In this document: one piece after another, positions 1-13,681 of the stretch | How positions within the stretch are numbered: position 1 is the stretch's first letter | How the letters are laid out: every line of letters starts with the position of its first letter | NCBI GenBank assembly: GCA_964016885.1 | Contig: OZ024743.1 | Span: 44,020,001 to 44,084,000 of the forward strand | Length of the DNA: 64,000 nt | From: Eledone cirrhosa | Lineage: Eukaryota | Reading direction: 5' to 3' | The notes under the pieces: model-generated | The model's input: the letters and a program-made list of their open reading frames with translations, nothing else | The model's database searches: none | What the model was told of the DNA's origin: nothing | Translations under genes and position numbers: made by a program

Positions 1-17
1 AGGATTGGTCCCACCCG

Positions 18-1992
18 CTACAGTAGTTGTTCCACATAGCCCCACAGGTCAGCAACGTCCGGGCAGTGTACGAATGCGTGCGCGACGGTTGCTTCGTCAC
101 GCACGCATCTCGGACAGATCTTTTTCGAGGGGTCCCTACCCGGGCGCCCGTGTCTGTAGAACTTGCCCCGAACGGGTAGAGCTCCTCGGTAGCACTGCCA
201 AGCCATAGACTTTTGGAAATTGTTCATCGGTCCCGGGCCAAACGTCCTACCGAACAGACTGGCTACTTCGTCTTCCTTCATGCCCAGAGATTCTTCGAGA
301 GCGACGTCGCACTTTCTGCGCACCAACCCTCTATAGAATGTCGAGGTGGAGTCTCCACTGATTGCCGGATCCGCTTGCCAGAGGGCCGTGAGCGCCTCGT
401 CACATTCAATGTGCCACTCGCCCACTTTTCTCAGTCTTTGCTTGACTCAGGATTGCAGCTCGGTGAGCGAGACGAGTCTCGGAAAGGCTCGGCTCACAAA
501 AGGGGACCACACCGGTTGACCTGTTAGAAATACCTGGAGGTGCCGTAGCCTTAATGCATGTTTACGCATCGTCAGCCATGGCACCCACAGCCCTCCATTC
601 GAAGACTGTTGACAGCAGATGGATCTTCTCACCAAAGGGGCCCGCTTCTTCCAAAGGGATTGGAAGAGCGCGCACTCCATTTTGGCGAGCGTTTCGCTGG
701 GCAAGGCACGACGGTCAAGTGGTAGTAGATGACAGACGCTATATAAGTGTTCGCCACCTCCGCTCGACCTGTTAGGGATAGTTTGCACTCGGCCCACTTC
801 TAGGCGAGTGCAAACACCCTGCCCGTTACCTCGTCCCAGATTTTCTCCACCTGGAGGTTTGGTCCGAACCAGATCCCGAGCAGCTTCACCGGTCCTCCGT
901 CCCACGTCCGACGACGCTGTCGGAGGGCATCGGTTTGGCTCTCCATGTTCCGAGTTGCAAACCGACGGACTTGTCCCGGTTCAGCTTGGCTCCTGTAAAC
1001 CTTTCGTATTCCTCCAGTATGTGCCGATCTCCCCGATTTGCGAGACGCTCGACACCATTACTGTCACATCATCGGCGTAGGCCGACAACGCTTTCCCCAA
1101 TCCCGGTTCCAAGGCGATGCTCTGTAACAGCTCCAACTTCCGCAGTAATAGCTCGAGAGCCAGCACATACAGAAGGGAGGACAGAGGGCATCCCTGTCGG
1201 ATGGATCGCGTGATTTGGAACGGCTCCGACAGGTAGCCGTTAACCTTGACCCTCAAACAGGTGTTGCCGCTGTGCATTGCAGCAATACAGCCCCTGAAAA
1301 CGGGTCCGATGCCTGTCGCCGCGAACACCGCATCCAGGTACCGATGGTCGACCCTATCGAACGCCTTAGATTGATCCAAGTTGATCAGGGCCCCACCAAA
1401 GCTGGGTGCATTCCCTACCATATCTACGATGTATGGCATGAGATGGAGGTTGTCGTGTATGGACCTGGACGTGATTGCGCATGTCGGCCCTTCTCCCACC
1501 AGGTTCCTGAGGACAAGCGCCAACCTCTTCCCTAACACCTTGGCCAAAATATTTAACTCTGTATTTAGCAGAGTTATGGGTCTGAAGTTATCTATGTCAT
1601 CCCCCTTGTTCTCATCCTTCCTGACTAGCGTGAATACGCCCTTGGTCACAGAACTGGGAATTCTCCCGTTCTGTTGCCAGTTGCAGTAGACCGCCTCGAG
1701 GAGCTCAAGTCCGGCATCGCTACATAATGTTCGTATGGTAGACCATCGAGACCCGGAGATTTGTGTTTGCCGCATCGGCTCAGCGCTTTCCCTATTTCAG
1801 CGGCTGACAGAGAGATGCATAGATCTCAAAGTCGTCGAAGATGGGGGCCAGTTGGTGCTCGCTGCTGATCCTGGACTCGCAAATAGCTATTACATCCATT
1901 CTGTGCGACCTGAGGTCATTTAAGTGTTTGCCCTGCTTCCAGGATATCCCCAGGCCGCACACATTTAAACATCCAACTCTTATGACAGCCAT
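18..1992 (-). pseudogene. LINE ORF2 remnant (APE endonuclease N-terminus, reverse transcriptase, zf-RVT-like C-terminus)
   Basis: MAVIRVGCLNVCGL...DVIAICES (EN start, ATG at 1992); KSPGLDGLPYE; FRPITLLN, LDQSKAFDRVDH, RQGCPLS, YADD (981-1775); CPRCVRDEATVAHAFVHC (18-425). Several frameshifts. Confidence 0.93.
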
Positions 1993-2557
1993 GTTGGTGG
2001 TGAAGTGTTGAAGTGGAGAACAAACAAAGACACCTACCTCTCCGTCTCCTGGGGACCAGGCTGCACAATTTCCATGGGGGTGTTGAAGGGGTTGTTTGGT
2101 GGGGTTGTGGTTTGGGGGTGTGATGGGGACATCAGTGTGTGGTGAGGTGGGAGTGTATGGAGTGGTGGTGGAGAAACATTTCAAACGGACGCGGTTGGAA
2201 GGTCTAGCACAGGGGTTCCCCACGTCCTCGGAAAAGTTTTGTTTGGGCATTGCGCAGGAGTCCCTTGGGACCCTAATCATTTTTAAATGCTGTTTATTCG
2301 CTGCGTTGGTGAACATTTTCCCTTCGTGTCTTTGTCTATTGTTTGTACAAGTGTTTTGTTGTTTGCGTTGATGTATGTATAATTGTTTTGTTGTGTTGTG
2401 TTTGTTTTTGTTTGTTGTTCTTGTGTGTGTTTGCGTTTTGTAGTATGTGTTATGCTTTCGGGAGGGGGGATTTTGGTTTGTCATGTTTGTTCTGTTTGTG
2501 CTGGTGGTTGTGTGTTTGTTGCATTTTTGTTAATGTGGTGCCTTCTTTTCTGTCTTT

Positions 2558-3804
2558 TTACTGGTTGAAAGGGCTCTCTTTCGTTTTCACTGGGTGACGT
2601 TGATAAGGGGTCCTCGTCCATGTTGTTTGGTAGGGGTGTATTTGGGGTTTTGTTGTGGTTGCCGGTGCGTTTGTCTTTGTTTTAGGTGGGGAGGGGTTGG
2701 GTGGGACAGTGTCTTGTGTTGTTATTTGTTCGTGTTGTTGTGGTGGTTGTGGTGGTGGTGGTGGTTGTGTTGTTGTGTTCGGAGTTAGCAGAAGCTCCTT
2801 TTTTAGACTCGTTAATTGAGGACAGGCATCCTTCAGGTGACTCCTGCTTAAGCAGTGGTAACATGACGGCCGCCTACCCTCAACTGAAATGTGTATATAT
2901 GCTAGCCCGTCCAGAGGCACTCGTTGTGGGATTTTAGCTATTCGTTCTGGGCTCATTTGAACCGGAACTTCTACGTTAGTCCCACTAAATACACCACTGG
3001 AGGACTTTCCTACTGAGATTATTATGTCTTCATCAAAATTAATGAATCCACATAGTATCCACCAAATTTTACATTTGGTTTGATACTCATAATTTTTACT
3101 TTGTGTGTCCTTTTTCCCCTGTATGTGGGGAAGATGGTGAAACGGGTGGACACAATGGGTGATACAGCGTATTTTTATGCCGTTGGCTGGTCATTCATTA
3201 GCACCGAAATGCTACCAAATAGTTTTCCTCTTTGAATAAAGGTTATGTCCTTCATTCCATCTTTTAGAATCAGCACAATTTCATTTTGTGATAATTGAGC
3301 TGATTTTCTAGTTGCGTTTGATATTGTCCTGAAAACCACAGTTTTCAGGACAGTCTCTCTACGTAATACCTGGGGAGAATTGATGCTAAAAGCACCGTTT
3401 TTTTCCAAAGCTTACACATTGTTTTGCATCTTGGAGTAGCTATTTTGCGTTAGTGATGTAAATTGGAGTTCTGTTTTTTTTTTTACAATTTGTGCAAACG
3501 ACGTTTTGGTGTTGTTGCCTTTCTTGTTACTGTTGTTGTTGTCACTGTTGTTGATGTTGTTCATATTTTCCTTTGTGTTGGTGTTGTTATTGTTGCAGTT
3601 GTTGGTTGTGGTGTTATTGTCACTGTTATTGTTGTTGGTGCTGATATTATTTACCGGGTTCGGTTCCGTGGTTGCAATATTTGCAACGTTTTTCGATAAG
3701 GCGAGGGGGGAAGGCTGCAAGCTTTGTACTCCTACCTTCCCTCCACCACTTTTCTTAGTGGGCGTGGCACTCACTACAGTGCGAGAGGTTGAAATGGCAT
3801 CCAT
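2558..3804 (-). pseudogene. LINE ORF1 (gag-like) remnant with CCHC zinc knuckle
   Basis: Fragments 3412-3804, 3175-3408 and 2558-2956. CYHCLSRSHLKDAC fits CX2CX4HX4C; SFAQIVK motif; N/T-rich linkers; broken by stops and frameshifts. Confidence 0.8.
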
Positions 3805-4664
3805 TACTAACTAACAAGTCTACACAATTTTTTCAGATGAAAGTTTCGCCCCAGAAAGAGGCCGAAATTAGTTAACCCAATGTCTGAAGGCCCAGACGAG
3901 GGGTTACACTAAACAATAATAACAAATTCAACAATAAACACACATATTGTTGTACAATAATCCGTAAACAATCCGGAGCGAAGTAATAGACGTCTACCAA
4001 TCACGAAGATAAATATATAGATAGATAGATCCTTGTTCGTGTAATTTTAAGTGTGAAAGCTTACAGGTACAAAATATAGTACTTTAGTGATTAGTACATT
4101 TGGTAGTTTATCAACATCGATTTAACAGAATCAATTACGCTTCAATTCCCATGGGATCCGTTCCAAATGTCTTTTACAACCAAAGGAAGAAAACATCTTT
4201 TTATTTTAATGAGGGGTAATTTTTATATGATTATGAGATGTAAGTGTATCATAGTTTAAGACAAAATTGGGGGTTATGCATTGAAATCTGAAACAGTGCA
4301 AACCAGTTTGATATGAACTATTTCTACTTGTCTTATAATTGAAAAAGTTATTTGCAATCGATTTCAAAGTTGGTGCATTTTACCGTACATCGGATAAGGT
4401 GTTTGATCTCCAGCAGTTTAATTCTAAATGACACACTTGTTTGTGTCTAAGTGGCGTTTAATATTCCTCCCTTACCTTTTAGATCTGAGAGTAGATCTGT
4501 AAAAACTGTTGTGCTCTATCAACCCGACTTTGGAAAAAATCTTCTGCATCCTAAATTACATGCTTATTTTAGTATCATAAGGTTGAGGAATTTCACTCTA
4601 GATTAAGAAAGTAGAAGTGGAATTCAGAAGTCTTGGATATCTGTTGGATAATTATTAACTGCAT

Positions 4665-4758
4665 TATTGTTTCATCCTTACGGGGTCGATAAAATGAAGT
4701 ACCAGTAATACACAGGGATAATTGCTGACCTTGTGCCAAATGTAGAAACAATTATTGT
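4665..4758 (+). mobile_element. SINE family A, 3' half
   Basis: tttcatccttacggggtcgataaaat..gtaccagtaa..ccttgtgccaaatgtagaaacaatt matches the full copies at 12244 and 49292. Confidence 0.8.
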
Positions 4759-4940
4759 TTCAACATTATTATAACATACATATAAATCGGATACAAGGGA
4801 GTTTAGTGGCTCGTGACGCAGTGGGTGATGCGACACTCAAGCTGCCATGAAAGCGATTGACATCTTAAAGCACAGCGTTTCCTAAAGCAAAATCCCATAT
4901 CAGGCAACTTAGGAAGAGAGAACAAATAAAAATTAAACAA

Positions 4941-5116
4941 ATAATTCTTTCTACTTTTGGCACAAGACCAGCTATTATTCGAGTGTATTACTGGTGCTTT
5001 ATTTTATCGACCCTGTATGGATAAAAAGCAAAGTTAACCTCGGCGGGATTTGAACTCAGACCATAAAGGGCCGTAATTATTTGCTGTAAAGCATGGCGTC
5101 AGACCCTCTACCGATA
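4941..5116 (-). mobile_element. SINE family A (tRNA-derived)
   Basis: Reverse complement of the 12244/49292 copies, including the B-box-like gagttcaaatcc. Confidence 0.85.
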
Positions 5117-5415
5117 AACAAATAAGGCGGAAAGGGTAAGGGATGGTACGATACTACTAGACCACGCGTGACGTTGGGTCACGTTGGGTCACGTTCACTT
5201 CAAAATAATTTTCAAATAATTAAAATATACACAGACATGTATATAATGAGAAATGAAACTGGAAGGCCCATATATATACGTGTGTGTATGTGTGTGTCTG
5301 TATACATGTATATGTATGTGTGTGTGTATATATATATATATGTGGGTGTCTGTGATCTATATACACTGGTCACAGACACACACTCACATATATATATAAA
5401 CAACAACACCACCAT

Positions 5416-5553
<138 letters not shown>

Positions 5554-5829
5554 ATGAAGTTACCCCGAAAAAACCCTTATCAGGGGGAACCATGGTCCGA
5601 TTTACGCGAAACCTTTTCTATTCTATTTGTATCCCCAATTCAGGGTCCACTTACTTTCAAAGTATTTCGCCATTATGCGACTTGTTGGCTGTATTACATT
5701 ACAGAGTTTTAGTATTATATAGATAGATAGATATCCCTGACTATGTGGTATATATTGTTTTTTTCTCTTAACTGGTGATGTAAGTTATTTTAATACACAT
5801 ACACATATACACATATACACACATACACA

Positions 5830-5939
<110 letters not shown>

Positions 5940-6199
5940 CACACATACACAAACATATATATGCGTGTGTATGTAAATACTGACGACGTCAGTTCAATTT
6001 GAAATTCGTTGTAAATGTAGAAATCCTTATCGCAGAAAATAACTGTAGGCAGAGTAAATATCTCTATATGCGCTATGAACACACAGGTACACTCACACGC
6101 ACACAAACATTCACATATACATTTATGACCCGGGTCTCTTAAACTACCTGCGTAAAAACGTCAACATACGCAATATTGTTGTATTTTTGACGTATCCGA

Positions 6200-6560
6200 C
6201 ACCAGTACGGATTAGAAGCAATAGGATTCTAGTTTTAAACATTTTCTAATGCGACCCCCAATGATTAGTAAAGGGTTCATCCATATGGGATTAAAATTCC
6301 TACTACAATACATTGTTTTCATTTGAATGACAATATCGGGTACAGCGAAGAGCAGAGAAGTTGCTCCGACTAACACCAATTTATTCATGCCATACTTGAA
6401 AGTCCAGATATAGTAACAATCCAGATTAAAAGGACTTGAATTTCCACAAATATTTGCTAGAGAACAAGAAAGGCTAACTTATTCTATAGGGACACAAATA
6501 CGACTAACTACAGAAATTCAAAACCCTAATAAATAGAATCAAGCATAGCAATATGAGCCA
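6200..6560 (+). pseudogene. Highly decayed PLE reverse transcriptase fragment
   Basis: gctccgactaacaccaatttattcatgccatacttgaaa translates to APTNTNLFMPYLK, resembling the PLE RT motif APxYANLxMxxLE; the rest is degraded. Confidence 0.4.
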
Positions 6561-6820
6561 CACATTTTACATAAAATGAAAGAAATTCACATCAATTAGA
6601 TACGTGTTACAGGGCGACATAGCGACACATTCTCTCCATGTCTCTTAACTTTTAACAATCATGAAACTTGTAACACCGGTAAAGTTATAAATTATTGTAA
6701 ACAAACCGTATTAAAGATTCCAATTGTATTTTCGACTGTTTCACACACACACACACTATATATATATATATATATGATAAAGAACACAAGAGCGTCTACA
6801 ACATCAAGCATTTTTTATTG

Positions 6821-6865
6821 GCTTACAATGTTTCTTCCTTACGTAACCGTAGGATTCGTCAGAGC
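6821..6865 (-). ncRNA. Type-I hammerhead ribozyme (family 1)
   Basis: gct-CTGACGA-atcctacg gtta cgtaaggaa-GAAAC att GTA^agc, followed by AATAAA. Confidence 0.8.
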
Positions 6866-9739
6866 TATAAAAGGGGTTTGATTGGTGTTATGGACTCTAC
6901 CAACCAAAACATTCAAGAACAAAGAGTAAAGAGAGTAAAGAGCAAAAAGAGGGGACAATAAGTCTAATTTAGGACCGGGAGGGTGGGGTGTGGGTTCTTG
7001 TTTACTAGATGTGGTCATATTCATTCCCGGGAGTCGAGTGGTTAGTGGAGCCATAGGTGGAGTGGCATTGATAGTAGGGTGCAGAGGGTGTGCAGAGGCT
7101 ACACACACACAAAGGGCATATAATATATATATAACGGAGGAGAGAGTACATGAGGTAATTAGAAATGGAATAGGAATAATAATAATTTATAGTAAATAAT
7201 GTATAATAAGGCATAGGGAAGATTACACTATAATAAGATATAAAAGTAAGAATAAAATAAAATATAAGTAGGATAAGAATGAAAATAAAAATAAAAATAA
7301 AAATATATATAAATAATATATAGAGAATATATAAAAAAATATAAGCAAGTATCAGAGAGGGAAAAACACAATGTAAAAAAATAGATTTTGTTAAATAAAA
7401 ATATTATAAATATGGGGAAGAAAACGGGAGAGAGAAATATAATCATAATGTGATTAGTTGAGAGGATATAAGATGATAATAAGTGTGTCAAGTTTATACA
7501 TCTTAATAATAAATAATATGTACACTAGAGTTAGACATCTTTCAATGCGCTTACAAGTCCAACCCATAGGGCATAGTCCATCGCTCATCTGTGCGGTCGC
7601 GTGTGTTTGTGTTCGACCTCACAACAGATCCACAAGTTCGTATATTTCAATGCAAATAGAATTCTATTTGTGCTTACCCGGTCATTGACGGAGCATCCAA
7701 TATTCCTAGTTCGTTGCTGACCCAATATGTTTGTAGTGTTATTTTGGTCGCATAAAACAGTCACTTGGTTCTATATCACGGAGTATGGTTTACTGGTCTT
7801 CGATACCGTATCAGTGGTTGTATTTCTCAAAATCACAAGGATCACAGTACTCCGGTTTGTTTTGATTATCGGTCATCTAACTATGTTGTCGGTGGTTGGA
7901 TTCAAATATATTGCCCAGAACGTAGAACTTTGGTGTTGATTGAGCATTAACGAGGCAGAGTGAAATCGCATCTGTGGTAAATAACGGTACGCAAGGAAAT
8001 TCTTCGTCTTCGTTTCATCCGGGTCTAGCAGTCACGTGCAAGACATGCTACGTAGTAATTGTGAGGGCAAGCGGTCAAGATAGCAACGGACCGGAAATTC
8101 TCCTGGGAATTCGGTCAGGCATGACAGGTACATTTATGTCACCAGTTTCTTCGTGTGTACGTGTGTCCGGTACACACAGACACATATTTATATGCATTTC
8201 AACGCGAAGAAAATTCAATTGATGCCCTTATTGATATTATATCTGATATTCCTAGATCTCTGTTGTTCCGATGTCCATGTTATGATGTTTTGGTCGTGTT
8301 TACCAGTCACTGTGTTTTGCCATGACCTTGGAGTGTGATGTTTTGGTCATCAATATTCCGGCAGCCGCATTCTTCTCTTATATTGTGGAAAGTGGTGTTC
8401 TGGTCTTCAGTATACATATGGATCAGTTGGAGGGGAGGTAGTTCTCAGTTTCCACTGCCACAATACATATATGTTACTTTACATATCGTGCTCCTCTCAA
8501 AGAAGAGTATTATAGGAGGAATTCATGCTAAACACCACATATGGAGAAGACTTCTACAGAAAAAAATTCACTCTCCGAGAGTTCCCTCCATTTAACCTCT
8601 CGGCGACACATAGCGAAATACATAATATATAATACATAGTGTGTTATTACATGAGTGGATGTTCACTTGTATCATAAAAGAAAGGCAATAGGGAAACGGG
8701 AGGAAGAAACCCTGCTTTTATGGTGGGGGTTGGGGTGAACCAGTATATGAATGCACACCCGCAGACATTCCCGCCTCCGTCCAAGTGTACACATGGACAG
8801 CGAGACACACACTCAAACACGCATACATGTATATATTCATGCACACACCCACGCACACACACGCACAGTTGATAGAGGTTGGGGTGTATTGTTATATATG
8901 GCTATGCGCACAGACATACCCACACTCATACACACCTATATATGCACGCATGCATACACACACACACGCACCAGAGGTTCGGGTGCACTAGCACATAGGT
9001 GGATATTCCCCCATATGCATGCGTGCACACACACATGTACACACACATTTATCCACGCACACACACACACACACGAGCCCACATTCACCTACACCCAGAT
9101 ATATAGATCACTACCCCACGACACGCATGCATATACGCAGACACGTGGGGGTGAGCGAGATTTAGATATACGGAACCTGAGGGGTTAATATAGCGATAGA
9201 GGTTTACCCACAAGATATAAAGCATATGACATTGGATCCACAGAATGTGATCATGCCGCGGTACTGGCCAGTGCATACATATGCGTACATACATGCGCCT
9301 CCTCGTTCCCCGACAGACCAACGCACACACACATAGGCCCACACACGTGCACACACCTATATTCGATGACATGCACCCACATAGTCGTATTTATGGGGGT
9401 CCATAGAGAAATAAATAAATGAATCAGTCGCAGGGGAGCCTGCAGTATTACGGGGCGGACGTGCAGCGCAACTTAAGAAGAGGGCTAATATAAAATGCCA
9501 TCCAGCAGTGGTGTAACCTAGATGAGAGTATGACATTCCATTTACAGCACAGCGTCTCGTGCCCCAAAATCTATTCTCCCAAAGCTGTAGCCCGGTGGGG
9601 GACTGTTCCACCTATAGGCTAGCTGTCTATCTAGGTTATGGGTTTGGGGGGAGGAGTTATAGTCAAGGAGGGGTATATCTAGGTGGGGGTTACGTAATAT
9701 ATGTTACGTCTATGTGCTAGGTTTAAAATAGAAGGAACT

Positions 9740-11698
9740 CAGGATTTTGTGTTGGCAAGATGAGAAAATTCAGATTTTCTGTTAAGCAGGTTCAGTTTAG
9801 AGTGTATTATGGCATGGCATTCTAGTAAACACAGGTCACAACTCCCGCTCTGCGGTCGGTATGGCGTGGATCTAGTAAGCTTCCTCCAAAAAAGTTTGTA
9901 TGGGGTACTATTATTTAAAAAAAAAAGATGTATCCCGCCAGTGAAGTGGCATTCTTATATCTATCGTGTCTGAATGTCTCCATGTACGCGTTATATCTAG
10001 TTTTAAATGTATTGGACGTTGATCCTATATATGTTTTGGTAGAGTTGGGTGTGGTTACGTCACATGCATATACGATGTTTTTCATGAGGCACGCCCCACT
10101 TAGGGGACAGTTACTACTCCGCCTACAATTTCAACTGCGGGTTCGATCAGTTAGCGTACCTCCCGAACTTTGGTTACTAGCATTATCACTAGGTGCCTCT
10201 ATACCATTAGATGGCTCAGTGATACTATTATGTTGCCTATTTCTCAGTGTAGTCGGTTGCTGGTGGTTAGCTGCCATATTAATTGTTTCGAAACCTTCCC
10301 TAGTCTTCCTAATGTTCGTGCGTGCTAGGTGTGATGCGAGGTTAGGTGTGGTCGAATAGGATAATTTAATCACGTTTTTGTTAATTATGTTGCGATATCT
10401 ACTGCCTGGTGGGAAGTGTTTTCTAATAATGAGAAGAATACTCTGGGGAGGTTAGTAAGGACCTCAGAGTTAAAAGGTGGGTTAAAATACATGTTTTTCC
10501 TTCTTCTATTTTTCTTCTCTATGGGCTGAGTCTCGTTACTGTGTGTACTATTTTGTAGGGTTCCGTTATTAAAGTTGGTGGCGCTGTCTGTTTTGCTTAT
10601 GTCCGGATGGTTTATATTCATGACATGACCATTTGCTGCTTTAGAGTTGTGGTGAGGGACTCTAGTATTGTCTCTACGTGGTTTACATTTAGCTGGGTTA
10701 CCGCCATTAGGGTTCTTACTATTATTCTTGCACTCTAAGTTGGTTAGGCTTTGTGGCCATACTATGTGTGATTATGTTGGTAGGTTTCACACTCGTGGTT
10801 TGGGAGTCCTTATGTATATATGATAATCTATTCCCGTAACCAGATTCTGCTAGGGCCTTGTTATAAAACTCTGCATTGGAGTTGAAGATACTCTCATTAC
10901 AGGACAGTCTGCTAATTCTATTAGAGACGCCTTTGGGAATAGCTTTTAGGACTGATTTGGGGTTGTTAGAGCTGGCGTTTACGTATGTTAGTCTATCATT
11001 AGGTTTGTGGTAGGGTGCAAATGTTTTAATTTCTAGGTCAAGGGTGGCATCTAAAAGGTTTACTGTTTTGTCATTTGCATCTATGGTAATACTTTGATTA
11101 AAGCTTTTAAGGAACCTACGTAACTGTTTCCTTGTTCGTTCTATATTGCACTTTTTATACTCGAGAGTAAGCCGCCCTTCAGGTGCGGTAATGTCTCATG
11201 TAACTCCTTTAAGAGGTGCAATCCTACCAGGTCCGTGACTTGTGCAGAGTCACTAGATCCCATTGTGATGTCGAAGTTATTGGGCGCATTCTTGCGGGTT
11301 CACAATTCGTCCTCAAATGTGATTATCGTTTTCCGGGCCGCAAGAATAACATCAATTTGGGACCTAGTGAGGTAACTTTTCTGCATAGCCATGATTAGGG
11401 CCTTATTAAGGATTATGGGGGAGATTGAGGTGTAGTACGCATCGATGTCGAATTGTATAAATTTAAGGGATGTATGGTTGCTAAGGCTTGAGAACCATTT
11501 CAAAACCTCTTCTGTATTCTCCCACAGGTCTAGTTTTATTTTCTTCCTGATGGTAGGTATAACGCCGTCTAGAATTTTCTTACTGATAATCCCTATATCC
11601 AACTTCGATGGGCTAATTAATCTAACTGAGGGTTTACTAATCAAGTCACCCTTATGGTCTTTAAGGGTGAACCTGGGTTGCCTAGGAGTATAAGGTTG

Positions 11699-11700
<2 letters not shown>
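9740..11700 (-). pseudogene. PLE RT-GIY-YIG ORF remnant
   Basis: [87 protein letters not shown]. The YRDD segment is deleted near 11165. Confidence 0.92.
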
Positions 11701-11782
<82 letters not shown>

Positions 11783-11785
11783 AAT

Positions 11786-11817
<32 letters not shown>

Positions 11818-11841
11818 GTATATAAATATATATACATATAT

Positions 11842-11902
<61 letters not shown>

Positions 11903-11923
11903 CATATATATATATACATATAA

Positions 11924-11984
<61 letters not shown>

Positions 11985-12085
11985 TATATACAAATATATA
12001 TACATATAAATATGTATACATATATAAATATATATACATATATATATATATATATGTGTGTGCGTGTGTGCGTGTGTGTGTGTGT

Positions 12086-12128
<43 letters not shown>

Positions 12129-12160
12129 TGTGTGTATGTGTGTGTGTGTGTGTGCGTGTG
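11700..12160. repeat. (TA)n then (TG)n microsatellite
   Basis: Direct reading; representative of dozens of such tracts in the window. Confidence 0.98.
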
Positions 12161-12243
12161 GCTGCTGTTACACGCATCTTGTACAATCTTCTGTTCCACT
12201 ATCGCCAAAGGTAGAAACAATAGTTAATAGCATATAATAAAAT

Positions 12244-12440
12244 GGGGGGTGGATTGGCAGTATCGGTAGAGCGTCGGACGCCATGCTTTGCAGCATAGAG
12301 TTACGGCCGTTCATGGTCTGAGTTCAAATCTCGCCGAGGTTAACTTTTCCTTTCATCCTTACGGGGTCGATAAAACAAAGTACCAGTACTACACTGGGAT
12401 AGTTGCTGGCCTTGTGTCAAAAGTAGGTAGAAACAATTAT
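12244..12440 (+). mobile_element. SINE family A, full length (~195 bp, tRNA-derived head)
   Basis: A-box-like tggcagtatcgg, B-box-like gagttcaaatc, central cctttcatccttacggggtcgataaa..gtaccag block, tail agaaacaattat; several related copies in the window. Confidence 0.9.
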
Positions 12441-13596
12441 CAATATACAAGATGTAACAAAAACGACTTAGTCTATCTTCGATAGACGGAACACTAATGA
12501 CATACAGCTATGCAGACCGGCGCGAGCTCATACAGATGAAGAGTATCAATATATATATAACACACACGGACGCTCATATAGACAATTCAGATCACACATC
12601 CACCTGCATTTCTACAACCGATTCTACATACAATAGCAAATATATATCTGTGTATACATAGACACAAACGTAAGTATATATGTCACGTCTATACGTATGC
12701 GTATTTATTGGTATAATATCAGAATAATCTAGACATTAATGCCAAAAGTGTTTAAGGTATTAATATGCTAAATGACGCTCACAACTATCAGTGTATGTAT
12801 TAATTGCCAGGTTGCCTGACAAACTGTCATATATAATCATTTCAATTTTAACGTACCGACATTTATACAAAAAAGACCAGTTATAAGATTAATTCTTGCG
12901 GAATATCGTTATGTTAGAAAGACAATAATATGTATATGTAACAAAATATACTCTAAAAATCTTAATAGGTTGTCATTTATTCACTATTGGCCTATAAGTG
13001 TATTTTAGTATGTATGTTTATAGGATAGACGTATTGTAGCTAAATTTACATTTGAAGTAGCACTAGTTTAGAATGAGTAGAAATTGAATAAATATATGTG
13101 TGCAGGTATTAAGAACAAAGAAACATTTTTCATATTTCTTATTTTTATTTCTTTGGTATCATATAGGCAGCTTCGTTGGAATATCGCATTAAATACCTTG
13201 ATATATGTTCAAGCTCACAGCGCTCTCAGTTCAACTTTACCATTCATCTTTTCAAGTTGATAGATAAAGTAAGAGTTCATTAAATTAACACACTTCTTAA
13301 AGAGTCATGTGTGAAGCTTTGGGTTATCTCCTGCGGTTCTATGCGCTCTGAGATCAAATCCGAGTTCCCTCTGATAGACCTTACGGGTAGCAGATAGTAG
13401 CAGCTTGCAATAGAGATAGTCATGAAAAGGATTTCATGAAGTCAGTTTTTCAGGTTTGCCAGGGGAGAATGAAATACGGCGACCAATACTATGATATGAC
13501 TGTTTTCTCTGTTCCAATTTTATAGTAAGAACAATATATATAATATTTGTAACTACGGCTACTATTTTGTTAACTACGGCTACTATTTTGTTTTTG

Positions 13597-13629
<33 letters not shown>

Positions 13630-13637
13630 GTGTGTAT

Positions 13638-13681
<44 letters not shown>

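Larger units (their letters stand above)
1..4010 (-). mobile_element. Decayed L1/Tx1-type non-LTR retrotransposon (5' UTR, ORF1, ORF2 with internal deletion; 3' end runs off the window)
   Basis: Minus-strand order: ORF1 with zinc knuckle, APE endonuclease start, RT motifs, C-terminal CxxC..H...C. The boundary at ~4010 is approximate (transition to TA/GATA-rich DNA). Confidence 0.9.
6775..11700 (-). mobile_element. 5'-truncated Penelope-like element: RT + GIY-YIG, ~2.9 kb 3' region and terminal pLTR with hammerhead; flanked by (TA)n on both sides
   Basis: Coding remnant at 9740-11700; TG-rich 3' region like those of the other two large PLEs; HHR plus AATAAA at the 3' end. Linkage of 6775-9700 to the ORF is inferred from shared orientation and the lack of an intervening TA tract. 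Confidence 0.75.

Noticed and set aside
5976-6020. CTGACGA..GAAA..GTA motif; similar weak motifs near 20070-20130, 21120-21155, 30960-31000 and 38070-38130
   Set aside because: Stems do not close or cores need three or more changes; cannot be distinguished from chance by eye.
11700-12220. N-terminal half of ORF 11300-12220 apparently fused to an RT
   Set aside because: Read-through of a stop-free microsatellite into a 5'-truncated PLE.
12244-12330. tRNA gene
   Set aside because: Only A/B-box-like head of a multi-copy SINE; no cloverleaf.
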